Shown here piece by piece: positions 1 through 14,469 of a stretch of DNA of 64,000 bases (the first letter of the stretch is position 1; each line of letters begins with the position of its first letter). The notes beneath the pieces were generated by a model. It saw nothing but the letters and a program-made list of their open reading frames with translations. It searched no databases and had not been told where the DNA came from. Position numbers and translations under genes: made by a program. The DNA lies in the NCBI GenBank assembly GCA_951406725.2, contig OX597815.1, forward strand, positions 193,316,001 to 193,380,000, read 5' to 3'. This DNA comes from Octopus vulgaris. Taxonomy: Eukaryota.

Positions 1-989
<989 letters not shown>

Positions 990-1149
990 ATATATGAGAG
1001 AGATTGGAAAATATCCATGGTGACAGGTAAGCCTACGTAAGTGTTTTGGAAGGCCCGTAGTTCAACATTCGATTCGATAATAATACGTGTGAGGAGTCTA
1101 ATGCGGCTCTTGTGTGGAATTTTCAGGACATTTATAAAGAGAAAATTTG

Positions 1150-1195
1150 TCTTACAGCTGTTTCTGGGGTATTATGGATATGCCTTCATCAAAGA
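1150..1195 (-). ncRNA. Degenerate minimal hammerhead ribozyme motif (PLE-type)
   Basis: Minus strand reads UCU-UUGAUGA-stem II-GAAACAGCUGUA-AGA, with palindromic stem III ACAGCUGU. It has C3U without a compensating G8A. Confidence 0.55.
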
Positions 1196-1629
1196 TGATG
1201 TGAGATGGGGAAATAGAGGGAAATACTAGAGTCCAATATTAGAAGTTATATTGGATAAGGATGGAAATAAGTAGAATGCGAAAATAAGAGAATAAAAGTA
1301 AAAATAAAAATATATGTTGCATGTTATGGTTGCAGTTCCACTATCCAAAGACAGTTGTGTGTAGAAGTGGTACACATACTTCTTGTCCATGGTATGTATA
1401 TTTCGATAAATAAGAGTTCCAAGTTTATCATTACAAATGGAATGTGTGGATACGTAGATTCCATGTGCTATTCGTTCGAAGCGGTCCGATAGTGTGAGTG
1501 AAATTTTGAGAAAGTAGTGGTAGTATTAAGTAGATAGAGAGGAGAGAAAAGATGTGAATACTAAAATGAGGAGAATGGTGAAAAGGAATAGGTGAGAAAA
1601 GAAGAAAGAAAGAAAGAAAAAAAGAAAAA

Positions 1630-1660
<31 letters not shown>

Positions 1661-2093
1661 GAAGAAAGAGGAAGATGAAAGGGAAAAAGAAGTGTTAGTT
1701 CGTGGTGAAGATATTATGCGGAGGATGGGAAAGAAGAAGGAGAGGGATAGGAAAAGATAAGAATGTAAAGAATGAATATGTGTGGAGAGTAAGGTAGAGA
1801 GATGAGTACAGAAAATGGCACAGTGGGATGAGGACTATTGAAGTGAGGAGTAAACCTCAAAAAGGAAGGAAAAATAAGATATAATGGTCAAGTTTCCATG
1901 AATAGACGGAGGTGTTTATTGTACTGCCTAATGTGATAGTGGGGCTGAGTAATCAGAGAGAAGAATAGAGCAGTGTATAATAATATATGCACGCACGCAT
2001 GCACATACATATACGTGTGTATAATCACTATCATATAGGCCCGCATACTTATATATTAAACCCATACGCATATATACGTATATATATATATAT

Positions 2094-2276
2094 TTCTTTA
2101 TTACCCACAGGGGCTAAACATAGAGGGGACAAATAAGGATAGACAAAGGGATTAAATCGATTACATTGACCCCAGTGCGTAACTGGTACTTATTTAAACG
2201 ACCACGAAAGGATGAAAGGGTAAGTTGACCTGGGAGAAATTTGAACTCAAAACGGCAGGCGAAATGCCGCTAAGCA
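2094..2276 (-). mobile_element. tRNA-derived SINE, partial (abundant family with GAGGTCGACTTTGCCTTTCATCC core)
   Basis: Reverse complement matches the copies at 15702 and 27082. Another partial copy lies on + at about 2509-2695. Confidence 0.8.
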
Positions 2277-2284
2277 TATATATG

Positions 2285-2342
<58 letters not shown>

Positions 2343-2805
2343 TATGACCGTATGTGTGTGTGTACGAATGTATGTATATTTGCTTATGTGATTGCATTCC
2401 AGCATGTGTGTGCATAATTGCGAATGTGTAGTGTGGAGGTTTTTTGAATGGGGACGCGTCTGTGTTTATGTTAGCGTGTGTGCATGTGTTATTATTATAG
2501 GTGAAATGGAAAGCAGCGAGTTGGAAAAATCGTTAGCGCACCGCGCGGAATGCTACCTTCTGAGTTCAAATTATGCCGAGGTCGACCTTGCCTTTCATCC
2601 TTTCGGGGTCGATAAAATTAGTACCAGTTACGCATTGGGATCGATGTAGTTGACTTAATCCCTTCCCCCAAATTTGAAGCCTTGTAGAATGGATTATATT
2701 TGGCGAAATGTCCCTCTCGAAAAACACAAATTTGTTTCAACACACCAGTTCACATAAAGGATTGCAAACGAAAAAAAATACGAAGTATAAATATATATAT
2801 GCATG

Positions 2806-2857
<52 letters not shown>

Positions 2858-2890
2858 TCAATAAATGGTGGGGTTGTGTTGACCGCAAAA

Positions 2891-2941
<51 letters not shown>

Positions 2942-3070
2942 TAATCATATCAAAGGGAAAAGGAAATGAATAGAAATTTTCACTTCCAGTGGCCTTGCGT
3001 GTAAAAATTTACTCCAAAAATCTATGTATTAGTCATAAAAAACAGTGTACATTCAAACACATAAGGAATC

Positions 3071-3617
3071 CACTCGTGGGATTCAACACGCTTGAAAGAA
3101 CAGCTAGGTTCTTTAACCACAAAATTAGGGATAAAATTCGACAGGAACCAAATGGAAAAATAAAAACATTTTACCATCTAATTTCCTTGACCAATTGGTT
3201 TCTGATTTTAGTTTAGCAAGTAAATAATTTTTACTCGCGAGGTGAAATTGTTATTAACAGGGATTAAATATCATAAGTTTTTGGATAATTTTCAGTTTTA
3301 AAAGTTGGCATTTTTTTTATTGTCGGAGAAGGACTGCGTCTGCGCATGTAGATTTTCAAAAAATTAGGATGTATAAACAAGAGACACATAGTTGATCGCC
3401 TCGTGTTTATACATTTAATCTAAGGTGTCCCTGTTAATAACAATTTTACCTCGCGAGTAAAAATTATTCACTTGCTAAACTAAAATCAGAAACCAATGGG
3501 TCCAGGGAATTAGATGGTAAAATAATTTTATTTTTCATTTCGTTCCTGTCGAATTTTATCCCTAATTTTTGTGGTTATAGAACCTAGCTGTTCTTTCAAG
3601 CGTGTTGAAATCCGTGA

Positions 3618-3620
<3 letters not shown>
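3071..3620. repeat. Long inverted repeat / fold-back element (~190 bp arms)
   Basis: 3071-3263 is the near reverse complement of 3428-3620. Confidence 0.85.
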
Positions 3621-3683
<63 letters not shown>

Positions 3684-3704
3684 TCATATATATACAAAGA
3701 GAGT

Positions 3705-3783
<79 letters not shown>

Positions 3784-4225
3784 TACATATTCTGTGTACA
3801 AATCGAGTTATCTTTAAAGCTCCATGTAGAATGACATAAGCCAGCCTGCTTCTCGGACACTTGTTAAGTAACTTCTATACCGAGTGGTATCTTTAGATAT
3901 GCATTACAGTGCAAATGTAAGAGAGATAAGGGTAAACACAAGTTTATTTTGTGGTTTCTACGCGCATTTCACCAATATGATTGTTTGAAACCCAACGATT
4001 AGATGGATGACAACGATCATCATAGTTATCTGCAGCTTAATATTCTCTGATCATTTCTTACTCTTGTGCATCTAAGATGTATTTTGAGCACCTATTGCCG
4101 GGCTCCAAACGAGCATAATGTTTGAAAACGCGCAGGAACCATACTATAAACTTGCATTTGTCCTTACGCCTTACTCTCCGATTTACACACACTCACACAT
4201 ATATACATATGTTCAAACACGTATA

Positions 4226-4529
4226 TCTTTATATATAAAATTGAAGTTGTGTGTGTGAGACTCTGTCCCCTCCGATTTAGATTCCTAACTACTCCCACAT
4301 TTTGCGGTGCAGTTTAACCAAAAGCGGGTATCTTATAGTCGTGATTCATATCGAGCCCTTCTGGGTATTAGCGCGCGTCTACGATGAGTCTACGATTTTT
4401 TAAAAAATTACCATCATTTTTCCGCATTTTTAATGATTTTTGCTCGGGTTATATATGGAAAATAACTCTAAAAATGCTTATATAGTTATTTTCCTTACAA
4501 ATCCGAGCAACGCCGGGCGATACTGCTAG
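4226..4529 (+). mobile_element. Non-autonomous Helitron
   Basis: A|TC 5' end, subterminal GC hairpin CCGAGCAACGCCGGG, CTAG|T 3' end, no TSD. Confidence 0.85.
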
Positions 4530-5486
4530 TTTTAAATACAATATGGAGACAACGTGTTTGTACGTTAGTTTGTAAATAATATACATGAGTACGTTTAGAA
4601 AAACAAGAAAAGCCATTCAACGTTATTTTGCATAGAACTTTACTGTATCACACGTGAATCGCCAGTTTATAACCGGTGATGTTACCAATTTATATCGGCG
4701 TGAGTACGGAGAAGAGTGACGAGTGGCAATTTATAATGGTGGAAATTTACCTAATAACAATTAGGCAATTTTATCTATTTATCACGTGTTCGACTTGAAA
4801 TTATAATGAATATAAATATTTCTTGAATAGGAATCTGTGGTGATAAATCCGTCACTTATAACTTAATTATAAGTATTTATCATCATCCATAAATCCTAGC
4901 TCAGGTTACATAAACGCTGTGGTGAGTTATATACACCAAGATGCTGAACGTGCATGTATGTTGAAGATAATAAAGCTCACTCTTTTTCACCGTTATAATA
5001 ATAATTTCAGTAGTTATAGAAATGAATTCCAACAACAGGTTGAAGAAAATGAAGAAAAAGAAATTATTTACTAAACTGATTTATTTACGTACATTTAGTA
5101 TTTAGAGTACATTTTTATAAGTCAAAAGAAGATAGTCATTGAGAGTTACGACATAAAATTTATATTAACTAATTCTTCCATAACTAAGCTACAAGAATTT
5201 TAAACAACAATTCAAAATAGCCTTGATGAATTAGACAAAAAACTTGGTATGGCAATAAATAATATCTCAAGAAGTTGTGTGTCGTGTGACAATCAACGAA
5301 CACTGATTAATTTTCCCAAACTCTGGGGCTTTTTTATCTGCTCCTATCTGAATTCTACGAACTGTATTTCGTGAAAGATTTCTCTTTGACGAAAGTTAGA
5401 ATTCACATATGGGCGGTAATTGTAACCAATGGGAAACTAATAATTATACCTATTCGGCCAACATGACCATGACGTCATATTACATA

Positions 5487-5897
5487 TTTCTTTATTACCC
5501 ACAAGGGGCTAAAAATAGAGGGGACAAACAATGACAGACATAGGTATTAAGTCGATTACATCGACCCCAGTGCGTAAATGGTACTTAATTTATGGACCCC
5601 GAAAGGATGAAAGGTAAAGTCGACTTCGGCGGAATTTGAACTCAGAACGTAGCGGCAGACGAAATACCTATTTCTTTATTACACACAAGGGGCTAAACAT
5701 AGAGGGGACAAACAATGACAGACATAGGTATTAAGTCGATTACATCGACCCCAGTGCGTAAATGGTACTTAATTTATCGACCCGAAAGGATGAAAGGTAA
5801 AGTCGACTTCGGCGGAATTTGAACTCAGAACGTAACGGCAGACGAAATACGGCTACGCACTTCGCCCGGCGTGCTAACGTTTCTGCCAGACCGCCGA
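5487..5897 (-). mobile_element. SINE, tandem dimer
   Basis: Two near-identical head-to-tail ~185 bp units of the family seen at 15702. Confidence 0.85.
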
Positions 5898-6360
5898 TAA
5901 AGGTTTATTGAGACTTGCTACAACAGCATAAGACAACGATTCCCGTAGAGAAGGGAGGGAACAAATAACTCGACTAGTTTTTCTATTCTTTACTAATTCA
6001 TGAGAAATGTTTATTTCGTTCAATAAAGATAGAAACGTAGGAAGAGAGATAGAGAGAGAGATAGAGGTTTTAGCTACTTATATGGACAATGCAGTGAGTA
6101 ATACACTCAGCTATGTAAATATACGTGGTCAACAGAAAAACATTTACTTTAGAAATACATACACAGACACATACACGGACACATACACATACACACAAAC
6201 ACACAACACACATAAATATATGGTTTCGAGTTCAGTCACACTGCGTGACACCACGGGCAGGTGTCTTCTACTGTAGGCTCAGGCCGATCAAATCCTAGAG
6301 AGTGGATTTGGTAGACGGAAACCGAAAGAGGTCCGTCGTATATATATATATATATATATA

Positions 6361-6392
<32 letters not shown>

Positions 6393-6452
6393 CGTGTATG
6401 TGTGTGTATGCGTGTGTGTGTGTGTGTGCGTGTATGTATGTATGTATGTATG

Positions 6453-6512
<60 letters not shown>

Positions 6513-6576
6513 GGGAGTAAATCCAAAATTACAGGGAAAAATTAGATTTAGAATTAAATCTAATTTTATAGTATAA

Positions 6577-6793
6577 ATATATATATTAAATTAGAGATAA
6601 AACCACTATTAGGCAAATCAAATAGTGAAAATCATAAACCAATACATAGAAATAAAATTAATTAATAAAAAATATATAAAATATAAAATTCAAAATTTTA
6701 ATTATTTAAATTTAAAGTTAAAATTTTAAAAAAATATCTAAATTAATGATTTATACTTATAAATTTTAATATATATAAATATATATATATATA

Positions 6794-6824
<31 letters not shown>

Positions 6825-8189
6825 TAAAAAAAAAAATTTTTATGAAATATATATATAACTATCAAAAAGTATTAAAAGTTTAATATAAGATAAAGAGTAA
6901 AACCACTACGCTCGTTTCATGCCCATAAACCAATTCGAATAACAATAATTTAAATTCAATTAATTATTCGAATTATGGTTATAGTCAATCTTCCGGTTAA
7001 TTATAATATTTGAATAAATAATCAGAAATATTTAAACAATATTTTTAAAGAAATAAATAAAATATAATTTTTCTTATAAAAAACTCTATTATCAAACTAG
7101 AAACTTAACGATTATGATTATGTCATACAATCGATTATAATGTTAAGTATCAATTTTTAAGTATTAATTTTTAAGGTAAGAAACCCACAAATAATCTAAT
7201 ATCAGTTATAGTCAATATCTAATTACCTAAATATTTTACATAAAGAAAAATAAATGACTATTCATATTATTAAATATAATTTCAAGTCAAATAATTATAT
7301 TATATTTGAATAATAACTAAATTATCAATGAAAATATCTAAATGTATATAAATATTAGAATTAAGATCTAAAATTATGTCTATCAATAAAAATATATGCA
7401 CGTATAATAGAGACCTAATAAATTAATTATTCCTTATTACTTATAAAAATATTAAAATATTAAAAGATTAAAGATGAAATAGCTAATTGTAAAAAAACAA
7501 ACAAAAAAAACAATCTTAAACGAAACGCTATAACAAATTAACGATCTATATATCTCGTTGGCTAACTAATAACTTTCAAAAATCATATAGTTAAAGTAAA
7601 AGAAAAAATACTTAATGAAATAATCAATCCGTAGTTATATAGTATCTAATAAATACTACAAATATATTTAACAATGGAAAAAATATTACAACCATTATCG
7701 ATTATAAAAAAACAAAATATAAGTTACAATAACAATTATAAGAAATTTGAATGACTATCAACAATATAGTTATTTAAGACTAATGGTATCGATACATGTA
7801 TATACATGAAACCTAACTTTAAAAAACTCTATAACTGTTAATAATCTATATATCTCTTTAGCTAAGTAAAGTCTTACGAATAAACATAAATTTAATATCT
7901 AATAAATATATAGAAAAAATTTACGATAATTAGATCATTCCATAACCATCAATATTTATATAAAAAACAATATTATACCATAAGACTTATTAAAATATTT
8001 AAATTTTAGAATTTAAAAATCTTAAATATAAATATATACTTAGCTTTGCGAGGTTTTAATTAATTTAAATATTTTTGTAAATTTTAACTTTAAATTTAAA
8101 TAATTTAAATTTTGAATTTTATATTTTATACATTTTTTTGGTTTATGATTTTCACTCTTTGATTTGCCTAATAGTGGGTTTATCTCTAA

Positions 8190-8200
<11 letters not shown>
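6577..8200. repeat. Extremely AT-rich element bounded by inverted arms, probably PLE-derived
   Basis: 6577-6730 is the near reverse complement of 8073-8200. A degenerate hammerhead-like motif (..GGAAGA-long stem II-GAAACGAGCGUA) lies on - at about 6904-7000. Confidence 0.6.
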
Positions 8201-8237
<37 letters not shown>

Positions 8238-8241
<4 letters not shown>

Positions 8242-9556
8242 GTATCAAGGCTGCACCACTCCTTGCGAACCTCATAATGGGCTTCTTCGAACTATCACTC
8301 TATGAGATATCACGCCAGAAATTTGGACATGTTTTCCACACCTACCTAATGGAAAACTGGAAAAGTTATTTGGATGATTGTTTCATCATATGGAAAGAAT
8401 CTTATGAAAAGCTTCTGGAATTCAAAACCATACTGAACAACATAATCCCAACATCCAATTCACTATGGAATTCAGCAAACATCATCTCCCTTTCCTTGAT
8501 CTCCTAATTATAAAAACATCTAAGAACCAAATCATAACAGACATCTACCACAAACCTACAGACTCACAACAATACCTCCTCTTTAGTTTATGCCACCCAA
8601 AACACACCAAGACAAATATCCCTTTCAACTTAGCTAAAAGGGTATGCACCATTGTCTCGGATCCAAAAACTCGAGAAATAGGCCTTCAAAACCTAAAGAA
8701 AAAGCACTATTACAACGCCAATATCCCTCCACCCTTATAGAGTATGGAATAAAACGTGCCAAAGAACTAGACAACATTATATTGAAAACCACCCAACCCA
8801 ACACACACAATCCCAAAATACTTCCTTACATTTCCACCCACAACCCCAAAAATATCGAAGCATACGCCACAATCATACAAAACCTCACTCTACTGTCAAC
8901 AGACCCAAAAATGAAAAACATTATAAATAGACACAAAATCCTGAAATGTAAAAGGCAACATAAATCTTTGAAAAAACTCTTGACAAATGCCAAACTTCAC
9001 GCACCACATCCACCCCCAGCAGTTAAAAAATGTGCACGCCCAAACTGTGGCACCTGCCCCTTCCTACTTCAAGGCTCTGAATTTATCTTCAAACAAGGAA
9101 CGAAGTTTAAAATCAAGACCAACTTCTCCTGTTCCTCCAAGAACCTTATCTGCATCTCACATGCACCGGTTGCCAACATAATTATGTTGGACAAATGAGC
9201 CTCCCTTTACGTAAAAGAGTAGCGGTCAATAAAGAACAAATAAATCTCCCAGAATACCGGCAAATTCCACTAAGTAGCAATATAGACTTATGCACTAAAG
9301 ACAAAAATCCCAAATTTTACATATTCTGCTTCTACCAATGTAAAGACGGAATCACCACACAAGAGAGAATTAACAAGGAAAATCTTTTTATTGAAAATTT
9401 CAAAACGCATCTTAATATGCAAACTCCTCGTTGATCATACTACTTTTTTCTACCTCAATCTTCATGGATGGACTAATACAAATATATAAGGATATAATGC
9501 AGTCCTCACTTCAAGCTAAAACTTATATTCTTTATTTATCATTATTATTATTGTTG

Positions 9557-9626
<70 letters not shown>

Positions 9627-10330
9627 GATTATTATTATTATTATTATTATTATTATCATATATGACATAACAATCTGAAATGTAATTATAAATTGGTTTA
9701 TGTAAATTTATATAATTAGAAAACAATATAAATAAAGTGTTAAAATCTGAATGTTAAGTTAGCAAACAATTATATAAAAAAAGATAATGCAAATGAAGCT
9801 AAAATGATAATTTTATAATTTAAGGTTTATTAACACCCTTTATCACAAAAAAATTGATAACCCCAATTGAAGAGATTAAAACCCACAGAGTTGTCTCCCC
9901 TTACTAACAGGAACTGGGTAACTACTTCCTGTTTTGACATTCATTTAACAGACATCCTAAATTAAATTAAACAGCACATGGATTTAATCACATGGATCTC
10001 AATCTTCCAAGGTAATTTTTTCAAGAACTATCATTGAACTCAAGATACACAAAGACTTTACAATGTATCGGTGTACCTATTTTTTAATTTTTTGTATATG
10101 TTTATTATTATTTTTTTGCAAAAAAACAATGTAATTTTCTTTTTTCCCACTCCTGAATCATAAATTTTTTTTTCTTTTCACCTTACAATTCTTGAAAAGT
10201 CACATTGTAACGAAAACCGGTTTGAATTAATATATATATATATATTGTTAATTTTTCAAAATTTTCCATACACCCATTTTCATTAAAATTTACCTTCAAT
10301 TTAGCATTCTGCCTTTTTATAATTTTTCGT
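8238..10330 (+). mobile_element. Penelope-like element, 5'-truncated and frameshifted (RT C-terminus, GIY-YIG endonuclease, 3' repeat)
   Basis: MGIKAAP, WKSYLDDCF, LPFLDL..TDIYHKPTD, CARPNCGTCP, HNYVGQ motifs; hammerhead at 10187. Confidence 0.9.
10187..10228 (+). ncRNA. Minimal hammerhead ribozyme, U3-A8 core variant (duplicate at 34533-34574)
   Basis: AAUUC-UUGAAAA-GUCAC auu GUAAC-GAA-AACCGGUU-U-GAAUU. Confidence 0.7.
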
Positions 10331-10333
10331 TGC

Positions 10334-10462
<129 letters not shown>

Positions 10463-10795
10463 AGTAAATAAATGGAGTTGAACGCAGATGCTATTCAAAT
10501 TCTTTTACCTTCGACATATGTTTCTAATATAACATTGGTTTTATTCCTGGGGTCGATTTGCTCGACTAAAGGCGGTGCTCAAGCATGGCCGCAGTCAAAT
10601 GACTGAAACAAGTAAAAGAGTAAAAGAGTAAAAGAATATATATAAGGGAGAATTGTAAAAAAATGTATAAATAGATGATGAGTAAAGCACCGGTACAGTT
10701 TCTATTACCTGAGGTTATCCGTAGATTTATTGTAGGAACTTCGTAGTAGCGGTTGGGATAAAATAGGAGATGGAATATGTAATAGACTTTACGGC

Positions 10796-10837
10796 GTACA
10801 ACACATGTTTCGACCAGTTCTGTGTCTTTTCAGGTAC
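10796..10837 (-). ncRNA. Hammerhead motif, probably inactive (C3.A8 mismatch)
   Basis: GUAC-CUGAAAA-GAC..GUC-GAAAC AUGU GUU-GUAC. It is the inverted partner of the motif at 14248. Confidence 0.55.
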
Positions 10838-11280
10838 ATCATTAACAAGTCTCAGTAGAGATTTCTTAAGTTGGCTTACGTACCGCTATATGTCTATCAA
10901 ATTCGAGAATGAGTAAAATCAGAGAAAAATTAATGTAACGCAAAATATTCAAATGCGAACGTGGAAAGTATACATCCTAGTTTAGAGAAAAATGACGTAA
11001 TCAGCTTTCGTTGTTGTAACTGTTAAGAGAACGAAAAAGAAGTAGAAGTTGAAAGGAAGATAATACTTAGAAGAAAGTCTTTTTTGGGGGATCGTGCTTA
11101 GACGCATATATACATGCAGATATATATATATATAAATATATATAAGAAAATAGTAAAGTGTGAAAAAACGACAGAAAGCTTAAATGTTAAAAAATATATA
11201 TATTTGTGTCAAAATGTCTGGAGAATATTGGAAAAATTTTTTTTCCCTTTCCTTAAAATGACATAATTTTAAAATTTTTA

Positions 11281-11320
11281 AAGAAATTACCGGTTTCGCG
11301 TGTAGCTTTTCAAATTTCTT
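11281..11320 (-). ncRNA. Minimal hammerhead ribozyme, U3-A8 core variant
   Basis: AAGAAAU-UUGAAAA-GC uacac GC-GAA-ACCGGU-A-AUUUCUU: perfect 7-bp stem I, palindromic stem III, GUA cleavage triplet. Confidence 0.8.
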
Positions 11321-11579
11321 GTGACGTTATGTTTATATTGCATGGAATTATCGTTGTTTTTATTTCCAGGAGATTTCTAAATAAGGGGAGGTAGTGAGTG
11401 ATTTTTTCCGGTGTAGGGGAGATAATCGCTTAAAAATTTTTTTTCCCTTTTCCTTGTTAATTTCTGTGTCAGTATGTTCGGATGGTTGAGTCTGGGTTTG
11501 TACTTTTCAATGAAGAATGTTTCCTTGTTCAGTCTCATTTGTGTTGATGATCCGAAAGCACATTGGTAAAATGGGAAGA

Positions 11580-11906
11580 TTAAAAATTGTGGCAGTAGTT
11601 GCTTTGCGCATTTCTCAATGTGCTCACTAAAAGTATCATTCTATATTCTGGGAATGCAATCTGTTGTCGATGCAGTGTGCATCTGCGCCTGAGTGATAGT
11701 CCCGTGGAACCCACGTAGTCTTGGTGGCAGCCCGAGCATTTAATAACATAAATTATGTTTTCAGAGGCACAAGTAAAGTTAGATTTGATCTTAAATTTCT
11801 GTCCCTCTTTAAAGAAGAATTCTGATCCTTCCAATAGGTTAGGACATGTTGCACAGTTCGATCTACCACATTTTTTTACTTTTGCATCCGTAATTTTAGA
11901 AGACAA
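11580..11906 (-). pseudogene. PLE GIY-YIG endonuclease domain, separated from RT by a 1-nt frameshift
   Basis: CGRSNCATC, then NIIYVIKC..DYVGST..RRRCTLH. Confidence 0.9.
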
Positions 11907-13897
11907 TTTTGCCTTTGTGAGAATCTTTTAAGTGATTTAGGCTGTTTGTAGCTTTTAATGATTTGGTGTATGTTTAGAATTTCCTTTAATTTTGGGTTTT
12001 TATGAAGTATTGGTAAATTCTGGGTGATGATGGTGAAGGCTTCTTTGTTTCTGGGGTTGTATGTAGATATGTAAGGTAGTATTTTCGGGGAAGGTGTGTT
12101 GTTGTGTTGAACTTTTCTTAAAGTTTCTATGTTGATTTCTGTTGCACGTCTGATCCCATCCTCTATGAGTTGAGCTGGGTAATGTCTGTCAATTAGGGTG
12201 TTTTTGAGTTCTTGCAGTCTAAAGTTCCTGGTATTTTGTTCTGACACTATTGTGCATATCCTTCTTGCAAGGTTGAAGGGGATGTTTGTTTTAGTGTGTC
12301 TTGGGTGGCATGAATTAGAAAGAAGGTATTGTTTGGCGTCTGTGGCTTTGTAAAAAATGTCTGTTTCTATTTTAAGGTTAATTTTTTTAATTAGTATATC
12401 CAAGAACGGGAGCTCCTTTTGGTTGTATTCCATTGTGAACTGTATATTTGGGTTTATGCTGTTCAATAGGTTTTTAAATTTTAGGAGTTTATCTATGTTT
12501 TCATTCCAGAGAATGAAACAATCGTCTAGGAATCGTTTCCAATTCTCTTTTATGTATTGAGAGAGGGAGTTTCCAAAGATTGATAGAGATTCCTGGTAAA
12601 TGATTATTTCCATGTATCCCATTGTTAAGTTCGCAATGACTGGTGCTGCTCTTGTACCCATAGCAATTCCGGATTTTTGACGGTAAAATGTATTGTCAAA
12701 CATGAAGTGGTTATTGTGTAGGATGAATTCAATTGATTTAGTAATGAATTCCTTACTGATCCTTTTTGGTATTTCTTCCGGAAATTGGTCTAACCAGAAT
12801 TGTATTGCCTCCAGTCCATAATTATGAGGTATACTGGTATACAAGTTGACTACATCAAATGAAACCAGGATTGTTTCTTCCTTGGTTTTTTTTGGAAGGT
12901 AGTTTAACATATCTAAGTCATCTCTGATATGGCTATCGATATGTTTAAGGAAGGGTTTCAAGAGGATGTCCATAAGTAGACTTAGTCTGTGTGTTTCACA
13001 GGTTGGGCCAGCTACAATGGGTCGTAGTTTTAGGTCCCCCGGATTAGGTGTGTGTATGTATGTCTTTGGTGATTTTTTAATGGTTTCATTTATAATTTGA
13101 CTTTTATGAATTTTTGGCAGACCATAGAAAAGGCTAGGTTTGCATTTAAAGTTTGTTAGGAAATCAATCTCTTTGGTTGTCAGTTCCTTTTCATGGGTTT
13201 TAATTAGTGAAGATAGAGTTTTCATTATTTTTTGTGGGGTGTAGTTGGTAATTTTTTCATAATGTAGGTCTTCATCAAGCAAGGAAATTACAAGATTTCT
13301 GTAGTATGATGTATCCATTATTACAACTGCATTTCCCTTGTCCGCTTCCTTAATGGTTATATCTTCATCATTTTGGAGTTCTATCAGTTCTTTCCATTGT
13401 GTAGTGTTCAAATTTGGGTTAGCTTTCTGTTTATGTATAGTATGGTAGGGGAAGTTCTCAATGTGGTTACAGAATTCGTCAAGATCTTTATTTCTTCCTC
13501 TGTGTGGGATGTGTTCACTTTTGTTCTTGACTAGTGATTCATCTTCAGTATTGAAACTGTTTGGTGCTTCTGCTAGTCTTAATTTTCTGCAAAATTCTGT
13601 TATATTATCCTTGAGTTCATTTAGGTTTGCTCTGCGTGGAATTGGTGTAAATTTGAGCCCTTTTGCGAGGATGTCAATTTTTATGTTAGAAAGAGGTTTG
13701 GTTGAAAGATTGATTATCTTCGGTTTTTCCTTATTACTAGGTTCCAGCCTGTGTCCTGGTGTCCCTGGTCCCTGGCTAAAAAATGTTGGGTGTAATTTTG
13801 TTTGTATGAGTTGTCTGTGAGGTTGTGTGGTATTTGGTCGGGGGAGTGGTGGTATTGTTGCCTCCGATCGTTGTGTGTGTGGGGGAATCTATGGTTG
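11876..13897 (-). CDS. PLE reverse transcriptase reading frame (674 codons; first AUG only at 13318)
   Basis: Manual translation extends the 511-aa track ORF upstream to a stop at 13898-13900. Motifs: IINLS..KGLKFTP, ADKG, GLPKIHK, LRPIV, FDVVNLYT, GIAMGT, RFLDD. Confidence 0.9.
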
Positions 13898-14170
13898 TTA
13901 ATGCTTGTGGTGTGTGTAAAATTTCTGTATGGGGAATATTTTTGTTTCGAACTTCTTGTATGTGGGATGTTGCTTGACATAGTGTTTCTTTGCGTTTGTC
14001 TTGTGTTTAGTGCGGACCAGTAGTTTTGGTTCATGGGGTAGTAGTGATTTGTGTGTGGTGTATTTCTTATCCTAGTGTCGTATTGTGCTGTATGGTGGTT
14101 GGGTCTGGTATTAGGATGTTGTTGGTTTGTTCTGTTTTTGGTGTAATTTCTTTCATAGACGCGTCCTCTA
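13714..14170 (-). CDS. Upstream ORF of the PLE (N/H/T/R-rich, 5'-truncated), overlapping the RT frame by 184 nt
   Basis: Open frame RGRVYERN...NYTQHFLARDQ...KNRR*. The track's extension to 14280 runs into flanking DNA. Confidence 0.6.
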
Positions 14171-14247
14171 TATATATATCGAATTTGATGGATATATAGC
14201 GGTACGTAAGCCGCCTGAAGAAATCTCTTGTGAAAAATTTTAATGAT

Positions 14248-14289
14248 GCATCTGAAGAAACCCAGAACGGGTCGAAACATGAGTTGTAC
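14248..14289 (+). ncRNA. Hammerhead motif with canonical core (duplicate at 35589-35630)
   Basis: GCAY-CUGAAGA-aACCC agaac GGGUc-GAAAC auga GUU-GUAC; stem I is imperfect. Confidence 0.6.
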
Positions 14290-14434
14290 GCAAGAAAGTC
14301 TATTTCACATTCCATCTCCTATTTTATTTATAATATAAATATATATATGGTTATTCAAAATGTGACCGCGTGCGTACCGTTGGCGATTTTTTTTTCCTTC
14401 CGTATTCCCTTCTCTGGATCTTTCCTTTTCCTAT

Positions 14435-14469
14435 GTTTCTGACGAAGAGCTCCGCTCGAAACGTTGGAC
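14435..14469 (+). ncRNA. Minimal hammerhead ribozyme with canonical core in a PLE terminal repeat (duplicate at 35775-35809)
   Basis: GUUU-CUGACGA-a-GAGC ucc GCUC-GAA-ACGU-U-RGAC. Confidence 0.7.

Larger units (their letters stand above)
11144..14170 (-). mobile_element. Young Penelope-like element, present only in unit A and inserted in a (TA)n tract
   Basis: The empty site is in unit B at about 35505-35520. The element carries RT, GIY-YIG and a 3' hammerhead. Confidence 0.95.

Noticed and set aside
4980-5400. Protein-like stretch (NEFQQQVEENEEKE..NSLDELDKKLG..CVSC)
   Set aside because: Multiple stops, no recognisable family and no convincing splice structure.
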